The position numbers and the translations under genes were made by a program. From an uncultured Candidatus Saccharibacteria bacterium (GTDB lineage: Bacteria; Patescibacteriota; Doudnabacteria; UBA920; O2-02-FULL-48-8), in contig CAZOKE010000003.1 in NCBI GenBank assembly GCA_964580495.1, positions 1 to 49,973 of the forward strand: 49,973 bases of DNA, written 5' to 3'. The notes under the pieces were generated by a model. It ran no database searches. It was not told where the DNA came from and was given only the letters and a program-made list of their open reading frames with translations. The number at the start of each line of letters is the position of its first letter. Position 1 is the stretch's first letter. Of the stretch, positions 27,811 through 37,684 are shown one piece after another.

Positions 27811-27838
27811 GATCGCGACTTTTTCTTTCGTCTAAAAT

Positions 27839-29458
27839 TTATGACCACATTGACCAAATGAACGCAAACGGCTTTCCGGCTTTGGTCAGCATATTTTTCG
27901 AAAGATTCAAAATATTTTTTGATTCCTCCATTCCCATAATCCAGCTGAAGGCAAGGAAAACAACTCCGCCGATTAAGGCAGCACCCAACCCCTGCCCTAG
28001 CAATCCGAAATATTTATGGGTATTTACGAATGGCGCGATCAGGTACAAAGAAATGTAAGTTGCGATGCCGGCAAATATAGAGCTGATCAAAATTTTTGTA
28101 GTATTGACGATTAGATACTCGTCATGAAGGTTGCCGATGCGGTGATGAAGCTCTGTTGCCAAGATGATAAGCTCAATGACACTAGTTATGGAAAAAGCTA
28201 TGGCTAGCCCCGGCACTCCAAATTTGTGGACCAGCAGCAGTGTCGCAATTAAATTGACGGCAATTGTAACAAAGCTGATGATTACGGGAATCATGGTGTT
28301 TTGCATGGCATAGAAAGCGCGGGTATAAAGCGTGATCAAGCCTTGGGCAAACAACGATATTACAAACAGCCCTAGTGTGGCTGCCACAATGCGAGTGTCG
28401 GCAAAAGTAAAGTTCGTGTTCTGGCCAATGCCAAGCACGAGACGCACGATCTGCGCACGCAAAATCAGCATGAGCACGGAAAGCGGGATAATGAAATACA
28501 AAATTTGTATCGTGGTTTTTGCAATTACGTGTTTGAAGCCGTGAATATCTTTTTCATTATACAGATCCGACATCACCGGAAACACCGCAAGTGCCGCGGA
28601 TACCGCAAAGATGCTCAAAAATACTCCTTGCAGATTGTTGGCATAATAAAACGTGGCCAAGGCACCGGTTCCTAGGAACGATCCGAAAATGCTGGCGATC
28701 AGCAGCGTGACTTGCGCCGTGCCCATGGAAAAAATCCGGGGCCAATACAATCGCCAGAATTGCGTAAATCCCGGCTGATTGGTATTGATCTTTGCCGCAT
28801 ATCGAAAACCCAATTTATACAACGCCGGCACCTGGATGGTAAAATGCAGGAAAGCTCCGAGCACGACTCCCAGCGCCAGTCCAGTGGGTCCCAAGTGCGG
28901 GTAAAACCAAACCACGCCAAGGATGATTGAACCGTTATACACAAGCGGTGCGGCCGAAACTACCGCAAACCTTTTGTGGGTATTGAGCATGCTGGAAGTA
29001 ATCGAAGAAAGTGTCAGAAAAATCGGCGACAGCAAAAACAATTCGGTAAATTTTTTGGTCAGATCCCTGGCTTCTCCGGTAAACCCCGGGGCGATAGCAG
29101 AAACCAAAGGATTTATAAAAATCAAAGCCAGCACGCTCAAGCTTAGGATGAGTAGCAGCGTGACATTAATAATGCTGTTGGCCAGTTCGTTGGCTTTTTC
29201 TTCGTCTTTCAAAAGGTACTCGGAAAAAATTGGGATGAAGGCCACGGAAAAAGTGCCGAGGATTAGAAGATTGAAAACAAAATCCGGGATGCGGAACGCG
29301 GCGAAATATGCGTCAACAATTGCCCCGGTGCCGAATTGGTGGGAAAAAATTGCGTCGCGGGCCAGACCCAAAACTTTTGCCAGCATCGAAAAAACCGCGA
29401 TCACTATTGTGGACCGCGCAATGTGGTTGACATTATTTTTATAATTATTATTGCTCAT
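27839..29458 (-). CDS. murJ: lipid II flippase MurJ (MviN)
   Basis: 539-aa polytopic membrane protein with the MurJ-type N-terminus (MLAKVLGLARDAIFSHQFGTG..DAYFAAFRIPDF). Confidence 0.9.
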   Translation of the reverse strand: MSNNNYKNNVNHIARSTIVIAVFSMLAKVLGLARDAIFSHQFGTGAIVDAYFAAFRIPDFVFNLLILGTFSVAFIPIFSEYLLKDEEKANELANSIINVTLLLILSLSVLALIFINPLVSAIAPGFTGEARDLTKKFTELFLLSPIFLTLSSITSSMLNTHKRFAVVSAAPLVYNGSIILGVVWFYPHLGPTGLALGVVLGAFLHFTIQVPALYKLGFRYAAKINTNQPGFTQFWRLYWPRIFSMGTAQVTLLIASIFGSFLGTGALATFYYANNLQGVFLSIFAVSAALAVFPVMSDLYNEKDIHGFKHVIAKTTIQILYFIIPLSVLMLILRAQIVRLVLGIGQNTNFTFADTRIVAATLGLFVISLFAQGLITLYTRAFYAMQNTMIPVIISFVTIAVNLIATLLLVHKFGVPGLAIAFSITSVIELIILATELHHRIGNLHDEYLIVNTTKILISSIFAGIATYISLYLIAPFVNTHKYFGLLGQGLGAALIGGVVFLAFSWIMGMEESKNILNLSKNMLTKAGKPFAFIWSMWS

Positions 29459-31476
29459 TTACTCAACAAAACTGCCCAATATTGGTCTGATCCCGTATCA
29501 TATGCAAAATTCAATCGGCCGGAATCCGAACCGACGCCGGAAGTATACCAAATCGGCCGCAAACTGCCCGTATCGACCGAAGCGGCAAATTGATATGGCT
29601 TAATTCCATCCTGTTTCTGGAAAAGCAAAGAATATGAAGCCGTCGGGTTCAATAATCCCAGATTTAGTTTATAAGGAATCGTATAAACCAAAGTTAGAGT
29701 TTTGGTTTCGCCCGGATTGGCGATTGTCCAGCCCGCAAATTCGGTTTTTCCGGATTCGGTGCGGACAAAGACCCTATTGCCGCCCATAACCCCCTGATCC
29801 CAAGCCAGCAAATCGGGATCAGGTTTGTACCCCGGAGATTGTGATGCCTCAAATGTCCCCGCATCAAAACCGTCCGATGAAATCAAATTTGATCCGGCAG
29901 GCACAAGAATTCGGATGTAATCTTTGTTGATTTCCGATGCTGTATTGGTTCGGCTTATGGTCAAGGTGTCGGTAATTCGTCCGTCCCGGCCCAAAGAAAT
30001 ATTCAGGCTGGCGTTTTGCTTAACTTTGAGATCGGTTTTTGTCCCTCCCAAATTTGTATTCACAATATCCAAATAATCCTGGTCGGAAGGCAATATCTCA
30101 CCTGAGAATTTAAGGCCTTGAATTTTCTGCTGCAGGTTTTGGTCTGTGGAATATAGTAAAATTTGCTTTTGGTTGAGGTTGGTTTGGAACATTTGCAGCA
30201 GTTGCAGCATTTTTTCTTTGTCCAATCCCGCCAGTTTGTCCAAAATTACGGGAGCAAGGTCAGCCAGGAATTTCTTTGGCTGGTTGAGTTTTTTGTCATA
30301 GTCAGCAGACGTTTTAAATTGCACAATGTCCTGAAAATTATCAGACGTAAGTGTTACGCCATAATCCGGCATCTGGATGGGCCCGGTCAAAGTCAGAACG
30401 TTTTCGAAAAAATTCGGCGACATGGCTATTACCCCGTCCGCGGTTTCCGCACCCAATTCATAAAAATGCAAAATCTTTTTTGCTGATGTCGGGAAATCGG
30501 CAAACCAATTGGAATCGCGGATTCCCCACTTCTGGATGTCAGGCTGGAACGGTCCGGGGGCAGCGATTTTGTCGTAAATATGCCCGTCCAAATCATAGAT
30601 GCTGTCGATTTTCATGCTCTGAATTTTGCCGCCGTCGATTTTGAGCACGCCATAGGTTCCCATGAATCCTCCTGTGGCTCGGACCTCGTCATAATTTTGG
30701 AATACAAAAAGGTAAGTTTTGGGGCCGTTGCCGAACATGCCTAAATAGATATCTTCCAAATTAACCATGTTGGTCAGCATGTTTGTCAGTGCATCCACCT
30801 GCTGGCGGGCTTTGGTCAAAGTGTCGGCATAGGAAGCTGGCAGCCCTTTGACTCGGTCAAACTCGGACTGCGCTTGTTTGAGCAAAAACAAAGTCGAGTT
30901 GAGAGAGTCCTGGTTGGCTTTAAGTTTTTTGGTAAGCCCGGTTTCAGCGATCCCTTTCGAGCTGATTTTGACGTCATCAAAAAAGCTCATGGCAAAAGTC
31001 AGCTTGGCTCCGGCCGCTGCCAGCAGCGAAGCTCCGGAAAGCACATGGCCCGCCGCCTGCGCTTGTGGCGCTAGCAGCTGCAGGGCCTGGAACTGGTCGA
31101 GCTGGCTTTGCGCGTTCTGCAGACTGTCGTAGGCGGATGAGAATTGCGATTGGGCATTGCTGAAGTTTTGGTCTTTTAGGCTGGCACCGGCGTTAGACAA
31201 ATCCGAATATGCGCTTGTGGCCGCACCCAAAATCTGCCCTTGGGCATTGCGGGCCTTCGAGACGTAAACCAAAGATTGAAACATCATGGCTATCAAAACA
31301 GCTGTTACAACAAAAGGCATGATTGCATATCTGGATTTTTTAGTGATTGCAGGAACTGCCTTTTGCGTAAAACCAATCAGCTTTTCGTATTCTTCTTTTC
31401 TGGAACGAAAAAGGCCGGGCGGCTGCGGCCGATTGCCTCCACCTATATCAAATTTGCTGAATCTAGAATTAACCAT
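29455..31476 (-). CDS. DUF4012 domain protein (N-terminally membrane anchored)
   Basis: 673 aa. YLFVFQNYDEVRATGGFMGTYGVLKIDGGKI matches the DUF4012 signature from memory. Both ends overlap the neighbouring genes. Confidence 0.8.
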   Translation of the reverse strand: MVNSRFSKFDIGGGNRPQPPGLFRSRKEEYEKLIGFTQKAVPAITKKSRYAIMPFVVTAVLIAMMFQSLVYVSKARNAQGQILGAATSAYSDLSNAGASLKDQNFSNAQSQFSSAYDSLQNAQSQLDQFQALQLLAPQAQAAGHVLSGASLLAAAGAKLTFAMSFFDDVKISSKGIAETGLTKKLKANQDSLNSTLFLLKQAQSEFDRVKGLPASYADTLTKARQQVDALTNMLTNMVNLEDIYLGMFGNGPKTYLFVFQNYDEVRATGGFMGTYGVLKIDGGKIQSMKIDSIYDLDGHIYDKIAAPGPFQPDIQKWGIRDSNWFADFPTSAKKILHFYELGAETADGVIAMSPNFFENVLTLTGPIQMPDYGVTLTSDNFQDIVQFKTSADYDKKLNQPKKFLADLAPVILDKLAGLDKEKMLQLLQMFQTNLNQKQILLYSTDQNLQQKIQGLKFSGEILPSDQDYLDIVNTNLGGTKTDLKVKQNASLNISLGRDGRITDTLTISRTNTASEINKDYIRILVPAGSNLISSDGFDAGTFEASQSPGYKPDPDLLAWDQGVMGGNRVFVRTESGKTEFAGWTIANPGETKTLTLVYTIPYKLNLGLLNPTASYSLLFQKQDGIKPYQFAASVDTGSLRPIWYTSGVGSDSGRLNFAYDTGSDQYWAVLLSK

Positions 31477-32581
31477 TTTTGATTTGATGCCTTGAAATAT
31501 TCAAAAGTATCCCGATTCCGGCCAGGTTTAGGGCCATGGCCGATGAGCCATATGAAATGAACGGCAGCGGGATTCCGGTCAGCGGGATTACGGCAGTAAT
31601 GCCTCCAATATTGATCAGCGCCTGCAGTACAATCCACGAAGTAATGCCAGCTGCCATCAATTTCCCAAACATATCCGGGGCGTTGACCGCGACCTTATAT
31701 CCTTTATACGCCAAAAGCAAAAACCCAATCAATAGTGCACTTACCCTGACAAAACCCATTTCCTCGGAAATAATGGCAAAAATGGAGTCTCCGATCGGTT
31801 CCGGCAAATAATTGTATTTCTGCACGCTATGGCCAAAACCTGCTCCCCACAAGCCTCCGGACCCTATGGCAATCAAGGCTTGGTTAATTTGGTAAGAAAT
31901 GCCTTTGGCATCCACTTGGGGGTTGAAAAAAGCCAAAAAACGAGAGGCGCGATAAGGAGCAGCCTTAACCATAATCCAAAAAGCGACTAATCCCACACCG
32001 GCTGTGGCAGCCAGATATCGCAGGCGCACTCCGCCCAAGAACAACATGACCGCGGCAATCGCAACCAGCACCAGCATAGTCCCCATGTCCGGCTCCAGCA
32101 CTATGAGCAGAGCAATCAAGGCGACTAAAATCAAGCTTGGCAAAAAACCGAAATACAAATCGTCCTTGTGCTGCTGCCGTTTGTCATACCACGAAGCTAA
32201 ATAAAAAATTACCGCAAGCTTCACGTATTCGGTCGGCTGGAATAAAAATACTTTCAGGTTGATCCAGCGCCTGGCTCCACCAACTTTGAAGCCGATGCCC
32301 GGCACCAGAACCGCGACCAACAACACCAAACCGGTCAAAATTAAAATTGGCGCAAATTTCTGCCAAACGTGGTAATCCATCTTCGAAAATATATACATCA
32401 AAACCAATCCGGGCGCAGCACCTAAAAGCATCTGCCGGAAAAGATAATAATGGTTGTTGCCAAATCTTTGGAACGATAGGACTGTGGAAGCAGAAGAGAG
32501 CATAACCAGGCCGAATCCGAGCAAAATTAAACTTGTCCAAAGCAAAGTTTTGTCGACTTCCCGCTGTTTGACCTTGTTCAT
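31469..32581 (-). CDS. ftsW: SEDS-family peptidoglycan glycosyltransferase FtsW/RodA
   Basis: 370 aa with about 10 TM helices and conserved SEDS segments (QPTEYVKLA, LEPDMGT, LPEPIGDSIFAII, IPLPFISYGSS). Confidence 0.9.
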   Translation of the reverse strand: MNKVKQREVDKTLLWTSLILLGFGLVMLSSASTVLSFQRFGNNHYYLFRQMLLGAAPGLVLMYIFSKMDYHVWQKFAPILILTGLVLLVAVLVPGIGFKVGGARRWINLKVFLFQPTEYVKLAVIFYLASWYDKRQQHKDDLYFGFLPSLILVALIALLIVLEPDMGTMLVLVAIAAVMLFLGGVRLRYLAATAGVGLVAFWIMVKAAPYRASRFLAFFNPQVDAKGISYQINQALIAIGSGGLWGAGFGHSVQKYNYLPEPIGDSIFAIISEEMGFVRVSALLIGFLLLAYKGYKVAVNAPDMFGKLMAAGITSWIVLQALINIGGITAVIPLTGIPLPFISYGSSAMALNLAGIGILLNISRHQIKNG

Positions 32582-33834
32582 AGCATTGCCTCCTTTGCGA
32601 ATTGGTCGCCGCGGTCGCCGTAATTTTTGAACATGTCAAAACTCGCAGCCGCCGGCGACAGCAAAATCATGTCGCCGGGTTTGGCCATGCTCCGAGCTTG
32701 ACTCACAATCTCTTTCATGTTTTTAGCTCCGGTCAGGATCATTCCTTTGTAGTTTTTGATTAACTTCAAAATTTTCGGCGCCTCTGCTCCAATCACAACC
32801 AGTCCTTTGAGGTTAGGACTCTTTAATATAACTTCGGCTAATTTCTCATACGATAAACCTTTACTGGATCCGCCAACGATGGCGATCAGCGGCGTTTCAA
32901 TCGCCGTAATTGCGGCAGACGCCGTATCCTCATTGGTCCCCGCTGAATCGTCTATATAAGTAACTCCGTTTTTCGCGCCTACCACTTGCATTCGGTGCGG
33001 CAAACCTTTAAATTGAGCTACTGCTTGGCGGATTTTTGGTTCTGTAATTTTATAGATCTTTCCGACTGCAACCGCGGCAGCTATATTTTCCCTATAAAAT
33101 TTTCCGATCAATTGGTTTTCATAATCAGCAACATCATTTCCGTCAAAAATTATTTTTTGGCCTTTGCCAACTGCTTGCGCGCTAGCCGGCAGCCTGGAGC
33201 TCAAAACTGCAAAATCATTTTCTGTTTGCGTAGCCAAAATCTGCATCTTGGCATCGAAGTATTCCTTGAGGCTGGCATGCTGGGCCGAAGTCGGATTTTC
33301 CAATTTGCCGGACAAATCCAGATGATCCGCTGTAATGTTGAGAACCACAGCCACATGGGGGCTTTTGTGCAAATCCTGCAACTGGAAGCTGGAAAGCTCG
33401 AGCACCACCAAATCCTGCGGATGGATGAAGTCCAAAAACTCGAACGGGTCAGTGCCAATGTTGCCGGCCAGCCAAACTTTGAAATCCCCGGCTTCCAAAA
33501 TTTTCGCAATCAAACTTGAAGTCGTGCCCTTTCCCTTGGTCCCTGTCACCCCAATGATCGGTGCTGGACACAGATCAAAGAACAATTTGGTGCCGCTTGA
33601 AATTTCCACTCCTTTAGCCAGCGCCTGCTGGATCGCCGGAGCCAAAAAGGGAAAACCCGGAGTGCGGAAAATTATGTCAAAAGAATCCAATCTCCCTTCA
33701 AGGTCCGAAACATGTTTCCAGGTCAAAACTTCATAGACAATGCCGTGCTTGGCAAAAAATTCAACCAATTTCTGGTTGTTGACGCCTAAACCCAAGACTG
33801 CGATTTTTTTTCCCTTCAAATATTCCAGCATCAA
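32578..33834 (-). CDS. murD: UDP-N-acetylmuramoylalanine--D-glutamate ligase
   Basis: 418 aa with the Mur ligase P-loop GVTGTKGKGTT and MurD-type architecture. Confidence 0.93.
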   Translation of the reverse strand: MMLEYLKGKKIAVLGLGVNNQKLVEFFAKHGIVYEVLTWKHVSDLEGRLDSFDIIFRTPGFPFLAPAIQQALAKGVEISSGTKLFFDLCPAPIIGVTGTKGKGTTSSLIAKILEAGDFKVWLAGNIGTDPFEFLDFIHPQDLVVLELSSFQLQDLHKSPHVAVVLNITADHLDLSGKLENPTSAQHASLKEYFDAKMQILATQTENDFAVLSSRLPASAQAVGKGQKIIFDGNDVADYENQLIGKFYRENIAAAVAVGKIYKITEPKIRQAVAQFKGLPHRMQVVGAKNGVTYIDDSAGTNEDTASAAITAIETPLIAIVGGSSKGLSYEKLAEVILKSPNLKGLVVIGAEAPKILKLIKNYKGMILTGAKNMKEIVSQARSMAKPGDMILLSPAAASFDMFKNYGDRGDQFAKEAML

Positions 33835-35396
33835 TGTTTTCTTAAGACTTGTCCCTGCAATCCCTGGATTTGGCTGTCCGCAAACGCTACTTTGCCGTTG
33901 ATAATCACATTAATTATTCCGTTTGAAAATTGATAAGGCTGCGCGTAAGTCGCGTTGTCCGTGATTGTTTCCGGATCGAAGATTACGAAGTCGGCAGCCG
34001 CATCTTTGTGGATGGATCCTCTATTGTTCAAGCCCAAAAGTCGCGCCGGCTCCGAAGTGATTTTGCGTACAGCTTCTTCCCAGGAAATCATTTTTTTCTC
34101 TCGGACCAATTTTAGGAATCTCGGCATGGCACCGTAGCACCGCGGATGCACGAGCTCAAAAAATTTCGACGAATGCCCGGCACCGTCAGTCGCCACCATC
34201 GACAGCGGCGAGGAGAGGAAATCATCTACTTGGTCGTCCGACAAATTATGGTCGAAAACCACTGCTTGGGTTTTTGTTGCGACCAGAATGTTTACCAGAG
34301 CTTCTTCATTTGTGACCCCGGAATTTTTGGCGATTTCGCTTATGGTCTTGCCCACAAATCCCGCGTTGCCCTCGGCAGAGGCAATTGTAATCTTGCTGAA
34401 GTCATATTCCTGGGTTTTGATGTAATCCAAAACTTTGCGCTTGGCTTGCGGCAAGCCCAAAGCCACGACTATGGTCTCTCGTCCGCCTTCATAAACCCAT
34501 TTCGGCAAATATGTGTATAGGACAGACCAGGAAGTGTGATAAGGATAAGTGTCAAAGCTGATATCCAGGCCTTTGTGGAACGCGCTCTCCATTTTGTTGA
34601 GCACGGCTCCTTCCAAATGCCAATTTTTCTTGCCTTGGATTTTCAAATGAGATATCTTCAGCGGCACTTGGGCTTTTGCCGCAAGCTCGATCACTTCATC
34701 CAGGCTTTCTAGAATATGCGAACCTTCGGATCTCAAATGCACAGACAAAAAACCTTTTGAAGATTTCAAATTTTTGGCAAGCTCCAATAGCTCTTCGGTG
34801 CTGGAATTTACCTCGTGAGCATAAACCAATCCCATGGACAAGCCAAACGCCCCGGCTTCCAAGCTTTGCTTAAGGTAGCGGTCCATCACCCTCAGCTCGT
34901 CGCCCGTTACTTTTCGAACAGAATCCCCCACTAATCCGCGGCGCAGAGTTGCGTGGCCAACCAATGTTGCGACGTTTACTCCGATTTTATTTTTTTCTAA
35001 AACAGCAAACAGTTCTTCAAAATTCGTCCAGTTGATGTTTATGCCGGCTAAATTGTGCCATTTTTGGATTGTCTTAATCGAGTCGACATTTGGCAGAGGT
35101 GCCAGCGACGATCCGCAATTGCCCATGACAATTGTCGTGATCCCTTGCGAAACCAAGCTTGCCTGATCCGGCTGGTCAAAAATTGTCCAATATGAGTCCG
35201 AATGGTTTTGGATGTCGATAAAACCCGGCGCCACAATTTTTTCCAGAGCATCGATGTGCTCTTTGGCTTTTTTTGCGGGAATCTCCGGAGCAATCTCGGC
35301 AATTTTTCCATCTTGGATGGCAATATCCAACTTTACTGCCGGTTTTTTGCCGGAGCCGTCGAGAACTTTGCCATTCCTTATTATCAAATCAAACAT
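33831..35396 (-). CDS. metal-dependent amidohydrolase of the N-acyl-D-amino-acid deacylase (D-aminoacylase) family
   Basis: 521 aa with MFDLIIRNGKVLDGSG...IAIQDGKIAEI...APGFIDIQNHSD. The gene overlaps murD by 4 nt and lies directly downstream of mraY. Confidence 0.8.
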   Translation of the reverse strand: MFDLIIRNGKVLDGSGKKPAVKLDIAIQDGKIAEIAPEIPAKKAKEHIDALEKIVAPGFIDIQNHSDSYWTIFDQPDQASLVSQGITTIVMGNCGSSLAPLPNVDSIKTIQKWHNLAGININWTNFEELFAVLEKNKIGVNVATLVGHATLRRGLVGDSVRKVTGDELRVMDRYLKQSLEAGAFGLSMGLVYAHEVNSSTEELLELAKNLKSSKGFLSVHLRSEGSHILESLDEVIELAAKAQVPLKISHLKIQGKKNWHLEGAVLNKMESAFHKGLDISFDTYPYHTSWSVLYTYLPKWVYEGGRETIVVALGLPQAKRKVLDYIKTQEYDFSKITIASAEGNAGFVGKTISEIAKNSGVTNEEALVNILVATKTQAVVFDHNLSDDQVDDFLSSPLSMVATDGAGHSSKFFELVHPRCYGAMPRFLKLVREKKMISWEEAVRKITSEPARLLGLNNRGSIHKDAAADFVIFDPETITDNATYAQPYQFSNGIINVIINGKVAFADSQIQGLQGQVLRKH

Positions 35397-35424
35397 CTTT
35401 ATTTTGCGGGACTCGCTATAGTTT

Positions 35425-36471
35425 TTATTTTCCTATTAAGTTAATTGCCACTCCCAAAACAGCTGCCATGGCGGAAATAATCCAAAACCTCATGGTGACT
35501 TTGGTTTCCGGCCAGCCCAGTCCTTCGAAGTGGTGATGAATCGGGGCGGACAAAAAGAGTTTTTTATGGAAAACTTTTCGCCAAAAAATCTGCAGCAGAG
35601 TGGACGCCGCTTCCAAAACAAAAATAAATCCGATTATGGGCAGTACGGCCACGGAATTAGTCAAAAACGCAATCACTGCCAGTACTGTACCCAAACTCAT
35701 GGCACCGGTATCGCCCATAAAGAACCGAGCCGGAAAAATATTGAACCACAAAAACGCTAGCAAGCTGCCGCCGATTACAGCGGTCAGCGCCGTCAGCTCA
35801 TATCGGCCTTGGATAAACGAAATCACGCCAAAGGCAAAAAATGTAATGGCCAAAACTCCTCCTGCCAAGCCGTCCAAACCGTCTGTCTGGTTTACCGAAA
35901 AGCTGGTGGCTATGACGACAAAAATAAACAGCGGGATGTACCAAATCCCGATATTAAAATCACCCATGCCAGGGATGTGCAGGACATCGAAACCTAATTT
36001 GTAATAAAACCAATAAGCGCCGATGACGGCTATGAAAATATAAAAAAGAAGACGATGCCGCATGCGCAAACCGCCGCCTTTGCCCCCACCCCGCCCGAGC
36101 ACGCCCAGATAATCATCCAGCATGCCCAGCAGAGCCGCCGCAACCAGCACACCCAGGGGCAGCAATGTCTGCTGGCGCGTGACGAAATTCAAGTAATGGA
36201 AATAATCAATGTGCGCTACCCTGTCCAAAAACCAAAATGATCCGGCCAAAGCCGCAGTAGTAAACCAAATCAAAACTCCGCCCATAGTGGGCGTGCCCGC
36301 TTTTTTGGCGTGGAGCTTGGAAAAAACTGGCGTGTCGCCTTCGGCGCGGATTTTTTTGCCTATTTTGTTTTTGTACAAAAAATCCGTGAGCAGCGGGGTT
36401 AATAAAATAGCCACAATGAATGACATTGAGGCAAGGCTGAAAATTTTTATTATGGTGGAAATCAAATCCAT
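35425..36471 (-). CDS. mraY: phospho-N-acetylmuramoyl-pentapeptide transferase
   Basis: 348 aa with conserved MraY segments (PTMGG, NQTDGLDGLA, FMGDTG, APIHHHFE). Confidence 0.95.
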   Translation of the reverse strand: MDLISTIIKIFSLASMSFIVAILLTPLLTDFLYKNKIGKKIRAEGDTPVFSKLHAKKAGTPTMGGVLIWFTTAALAGSFWFLDRVAHIDYFHYLNFVTRQQTLLPLGVLVAAALLGMLDDYLGVLGRGGGKGGGLRMRHRLLFYIFIAVIGAYWFYYKLGFDVLHIPGMGDFNIGIWYIPLFIFVVIATSFSVNQTDGLDGLAGGVLAITFFAFGVISFIQGRYELTALTAVIGGSLLAFLWFNIFPARFFMGDTGAMSLGTVLAVIAFLTNSVAVLPIIGFIFVLEAASTLLQIFWRKVFHKKLFLSAPIHHHFEGLGWPETKVTMRFWIISAMAAVLGVAINLIGK

Positions 36472-36549
36472 AGTTTTATTGGGAGTTTTTGTTTCTTTTG
36501 ATTAAGTTTGCCAGCTAATTATACCACAAATTGCTTTATATTACCAAAA

Positions 36550-37428
36550 TCAATTCCAGGTATAATTTTGGGTTATCCAATCCAGCAATTTTTGGCTGTC
36601 GCCTTCGCGGTCTGCGGAATTTAGGACCACAGTCAGGATCTCGGCATCGCCATGTTTAAGTTTGAGAATCAGGTTTCCTTGCGCTTCGGAAGTAAAGCCG
36701 GTTTTTACTCCCACAACTTCCGGGTTTTCCAGCAATAATTTATTTGATGTCTTAAGATTATGCACAATTTTACCATCCGCCGAGGAAACAATCATTTCCT
36801 TGGTATCCACAATTTTTGCCAGCAGAGAGTATTTCATGAATTCTTTGGTCTCGTTTGCCAGATCCAGCGCCGTAGAATAATTATCCGGGCTGTCCAAGCC
36901 CACGGGGTTGGAAAAATGTGTGCTAGTCAATCCAAGCTCTTGCGCCTTGTCGTTCATCATGGCCACAAAATTATCTTGGCTGCCTCCGACAAACCTCGCC
37001 AAAGCTTGAGCCGCGTCATTGCTGGATGGAATGAGCAATCCATATAAAAGATTTTCCACTGTAATTTTTTCCCCAGCAACCAAATCCATTTTCGAACCCA
37101 CAACATTTACATCCTCAGGCATGATGGTTACCAACAAATCTTTGTTGACCTTATCCGCCACGACCATAGCTGTCATCAGTTTGGTTAAGCTGGCAATCGG
37201 CAATCTTTCTTGGATATTAACCGCATAAAGATCTGTGCCGGTGTTTAGATCCAAAGCCAAAGCTGATTTGGCCTGCAATTGCACAATCTGCTCGTCGGCT
37301 GCAGTAATTTTTCTGGGGACTTTAGGCGCTGTCTGTTCGGGAATTTGGTGCTGGACCGTAACAGCGGAAACTTCCGGTTGTTGGGTATGGATCTTGGTGC
37401 GATGCGGCAGCACCACGACCGCCAACAA
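36550..37428 (-). CDS. D-alanyl-D-alanine carboxypeptidase (S11, PBP5/DacB-like)
   Basis: SxxK (SLTK), SxN (SSN) and KTG (KTGFT) are present. The true start is probably upstream (see the finding on an in-frame signal peptide). Confidence 0.85.
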   Translation of the reverse strand: MLAVVVLPHRTKIHTQQPEVSAVTVQHQIPEQTAPKVPRKITAADEQIVQLQAKSALALDLNTGTDLYAVNIQERLPIASLTKLMTAMVVADKVNKDLLVTIMPEDVNVVGSKMDLVAGEKITVENLLYGLLIPSSNDAAQALARFVGGSQDNFVAMMNDKAQELGLTSTHFSNPVGLDSPDNYSTALDLANETKEFMKYSLLAKIVDTKEMIVSSADGKIVHNLKTSNKLLLENPEVVGVKTGFTSEAQGNLILKLKHGDAEILTVVLNSADREGDSQKLLDWITQNYTWN

Positions 37429-37625
37429 GCCTAAACCCGCTAAAATTAAAATTATTTGATTTCTCAGATGTTTAACTCCCTTCTAAAAGCCTTATAAGTT
37501 TACTAGATAATTGCATTTCCGACAAAACGGGTAGCAATTGACAGATATTTTGGCACAAAAAAATTTTTGTTGATAATTTTTTCTAGGGCTAGGGATCAAG
37601 CTTTATTGCTCGAAAACAATTTGCT

Positions 37626-37654
37626 TTGACACTGGCCGGCTTTAGAGGTATATT
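37626..37654 (+). promoter_or_regulatory. putative trxA promoter (TTGACA-17-TATATT)
   Basis: Hexamers at 37626-37631 and 37649-37654. Confidence 0.5.
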
Positions 37655-37655
37655 T

Positions 37656-37684
37656 ATCCAGCACCTCCCTGCAAGGTGCTGGAT
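37656..37684 (+). repeat. ATCCAGCACC/GGTGCTGGAT hairpin element, copy A (trxA 5'UTR)
   Basis: 10-bp stem with a 9-nt loop. The arms and flanks (atttatccagcacct / aaggtgctggatttatt) recur at 48856-48948. Confidence 0.6.
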
